Source: Sarea resinae
Taxonomy: Eukaryota
Direction: 5' to 3'
Assembly: GCA_026026165.1 (NCBI GenBank)
Contig: JAPEUD010000087.1
Span: 1-64,000, forward strand
Length of the DNA: 64,000 nt
The notes under the pieces are model-generated. The model saw nothing but the letters and a program-made list of their open reading frames with translations. It made no database searches and was not told the origin of the DNA. The position numbers and the translations under genes are program-made. Of this stretch, positions 61,710 to 64,000 are shown piece after piece. How positions within the stretch are numbered: position 1 is the stretch's first letter; the number at the start of each line of letters is the position of its first letter.

Positions 61710-64000
61710 CTTGCCTTGGAGAATGTCTTGGAAGCTGGGTACTCGGTTGAGAGTTCTTCTGGCCAAGTTCAACATGAAAAAGACTCTGGAGCTTGCTGAA
61801 TCCTGGCAGGGGAAAAGAGCAGGGCAATACAAGGTAAGGCCTGAGAGAGTGGGACGTGGTGTTGAAGGTACTCGTAGTAGTTAAGGTATGTGGAGCAGCG
61901 GTAGTCACCAAAAGTCAGGATCTAGTTGAATTGGACACCTGGGAGTCTCAGTCGGTGTGAAACGAGGCGAGGTTGTTGTGGTGACGGCGACGACGGTCGG
62001 AATAATAATGAGAGGGACAGATACAGGTACTTGCCTATTTGCCGTCCGTTGGACCTTGACCGCTGTAGAATACCTACCTACAGCTATGATTTCACGAATA
62101 TAACTCTCGAGTCCTCTTGTCGACAATGAGAATCCTCAGTCGCTGGAAGGCGCACTGCGTAAAGGGGAAAAGGAGGGATCGTCAAATAAAATTAGGTGCG
62201 TTACAGGACTATCTCCGGACAAGGAATAGCGCCCCCACACTACATCTTAGGAGCTTCGTAGCCCTGAGGGTGCCCCACAGAATGACCAGCATGTCGAAAT
62301 AAGACTCGACTCTACTTGCACCTCAAGTAATAGCTTGCGCGACGACGAAGTCATGGCGAAATGATGGCGAATCAACAAGTACGTGCAGGCAAATGATGAC
62401 TGCCATCGTCTCTATCGGTCAGACCGCCTGTACTCCTAGCCCACGTACCTGACATGCCCGACAGATATCAGTGACGATCCCCCTTTACCTTACCCCTAAG
62501 TTGTCCTTCCGTCCAGCCTTGAATGTCAGTCCTCCGTAGTTGGCTACTCTCCGAACAATCTCCTGTTCTCTTCAACCGGTCCCTTTCGTTGGCGGGCCCC
62601 CTATTGAACAAGCACGCGCAAGAAATGCTACAATCCACCCAACAGCTGGCCCTGCATGCGAACGTGCGCCTTGCCGAACCTATGTCGACATTGTCGAAGA
62701 CGCGGAATCGGCAATCGGACAGAGCGTACGCTGCAGGTAGGACAGCCAACGCCACATCCAAGTCCCTGGCACCTGGATTAGATCGGATACATACTACCTA
62801 CCGTTTCCGTATCTGAGGAATGTGTACTACGAGTAAGTGCATTGTCGGGACTGAACGCCTCAGGTCACACACGGATTCCAGATGGTAGGGCCCTTGAAGT
62901 ACATGTACTTGATCCTATTGTGTGGATGCGAGGTCTGAGAAGTATGAATTCTCGTCTATGCCTTTGATTGAAGCTTCTATCAGGCTAATGACGTCTTATG
63001 GGGCTGAAACCATGCGATAGCGTCTGATCCAATTCATAGCTGTCAAACTACAGGATGTATCCGCACGAGAAATCTTACCTGTCAAAAAATAGTGATTCTT
63101 TGATCTTTAGCTGCGCGACCAGCAGCGGCATTGCATGTCTTGTGCCCCTGTTCCTGGTGTAGCGGTTGTGCAAACCCTTCCCGTGGATGTGGGCACCCGT
63201 GGACCTGTCCATGGTGAGCCTGGCCAGTAGCAAACAAACTCTTATTTAGGAGGGAGGGACGGCCCACAATTCGTGCCCTCCGATCTTCGTAGACTAATGT
63301 ACACTTTAGTAGCGGATGCGCTGTAACGCGAGAACAGATAGGGACTGTACCTTTTATCAATTCTGATTGCGTTGAAACGCAGATCAGTTGTCTTCCACAG
63401 CGCACCCAGCCGTCCACTAGCGAAGCTGAAACGTCGTTTCCGGCTGGATGCAGACGAACGGATGCGTGACTACCAACCTTAGAGCAAACCGGCGCGCCTA
63501 GAGGGCGAGTAAACCGGCTGGCTTCAGGTTCCACATGTTGAGATGGATGTGTGCGGGCATTAAGCGACCAGGAAGTACAAAGTCCCTTCTGGGTCTCTAT
63601 CCACCGTAGGAGGTACCCAAGGTGGGTAGCTATCACGCAACGAGCAACTTGGAATTTGGCCTACACCATTCAAGACCGACGAGGTGAGGGTAAAGAGGCT
63701 GAAGCTAAGAGCTGGCCTCCATCTGGTAGGTCCGCAGAGTACCCAGCTAGGTAGACATTGCTGGAGATTTACTCGGAGTGCTCTAGAGTTACTCGTACTC
63801 ATAGAGTAGAGCAGGTACGAGTACCTAGTAGACTTGGACAGAGGTACCTGCCCATGCACACGCGTCAGCGAGCGGGGATGAATCCATGGGATGAATCTGG
63901 ATGAAGGCGGGAGGTAGCCAGGTGGTGCCTCATCTACTGTGTCTAATAGGTCAATACATCCAGACCGATGTGTGGTTTTAGGTACAGCCCCGGAACGAGG

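Noticed and set aside
62400..64000. Several 60-184 aa ORFs upstream of ugmA
   Set aside because: No recognisable motifs, codon bias or consistent splice structure; treated as intergenic or truncated by the window edge

Overview
Gene-dense window from a filamentous ascomycete (Pezizomycotina-type) genome, judged from short GT-AG introns with CTRAY branch points and from protein content. About 21 protein-coding genes can be supported: NOP58, VMA6, an atypical Rho-like GTPase, RPC17, two SDR oxidoreductases, a tandem pair of OGFr-domain genes, RPN6, SOF1, a CAP20/perilipin-like gene, an 820-aa membrane protein, a small secreted 8-Cys protein, a stomatin, a ~2,340-aa acidic coiled-coil repeat protein, RPL27, two hypothetical proteins (one with a Cdc26-like N-terminus), a GH5 endoglucanase, a PDK1/Pkh kinase and UDP-galactopyranose mutase. 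Two TpA-rich islands look RIP-mutated. The most unusual feature is a Pol III-type tRNA-like gene at 16740-17040. It has an intact cloverleaf but a non-canonical anticodon loop (G32,G33), and is interrupted at the canonical 37/38 site by a 228-nt intron. The intron folds into a long hairpin with a bulge-helix-loop splice motif, a box C/D-type kink-turn and a repetitive pyrimidine-rich apical loop. This suggests a tRNA scaffold used as a carrier for a structured intronic ncRNA. All calls were made by eye; no database searches or folding programs were run.
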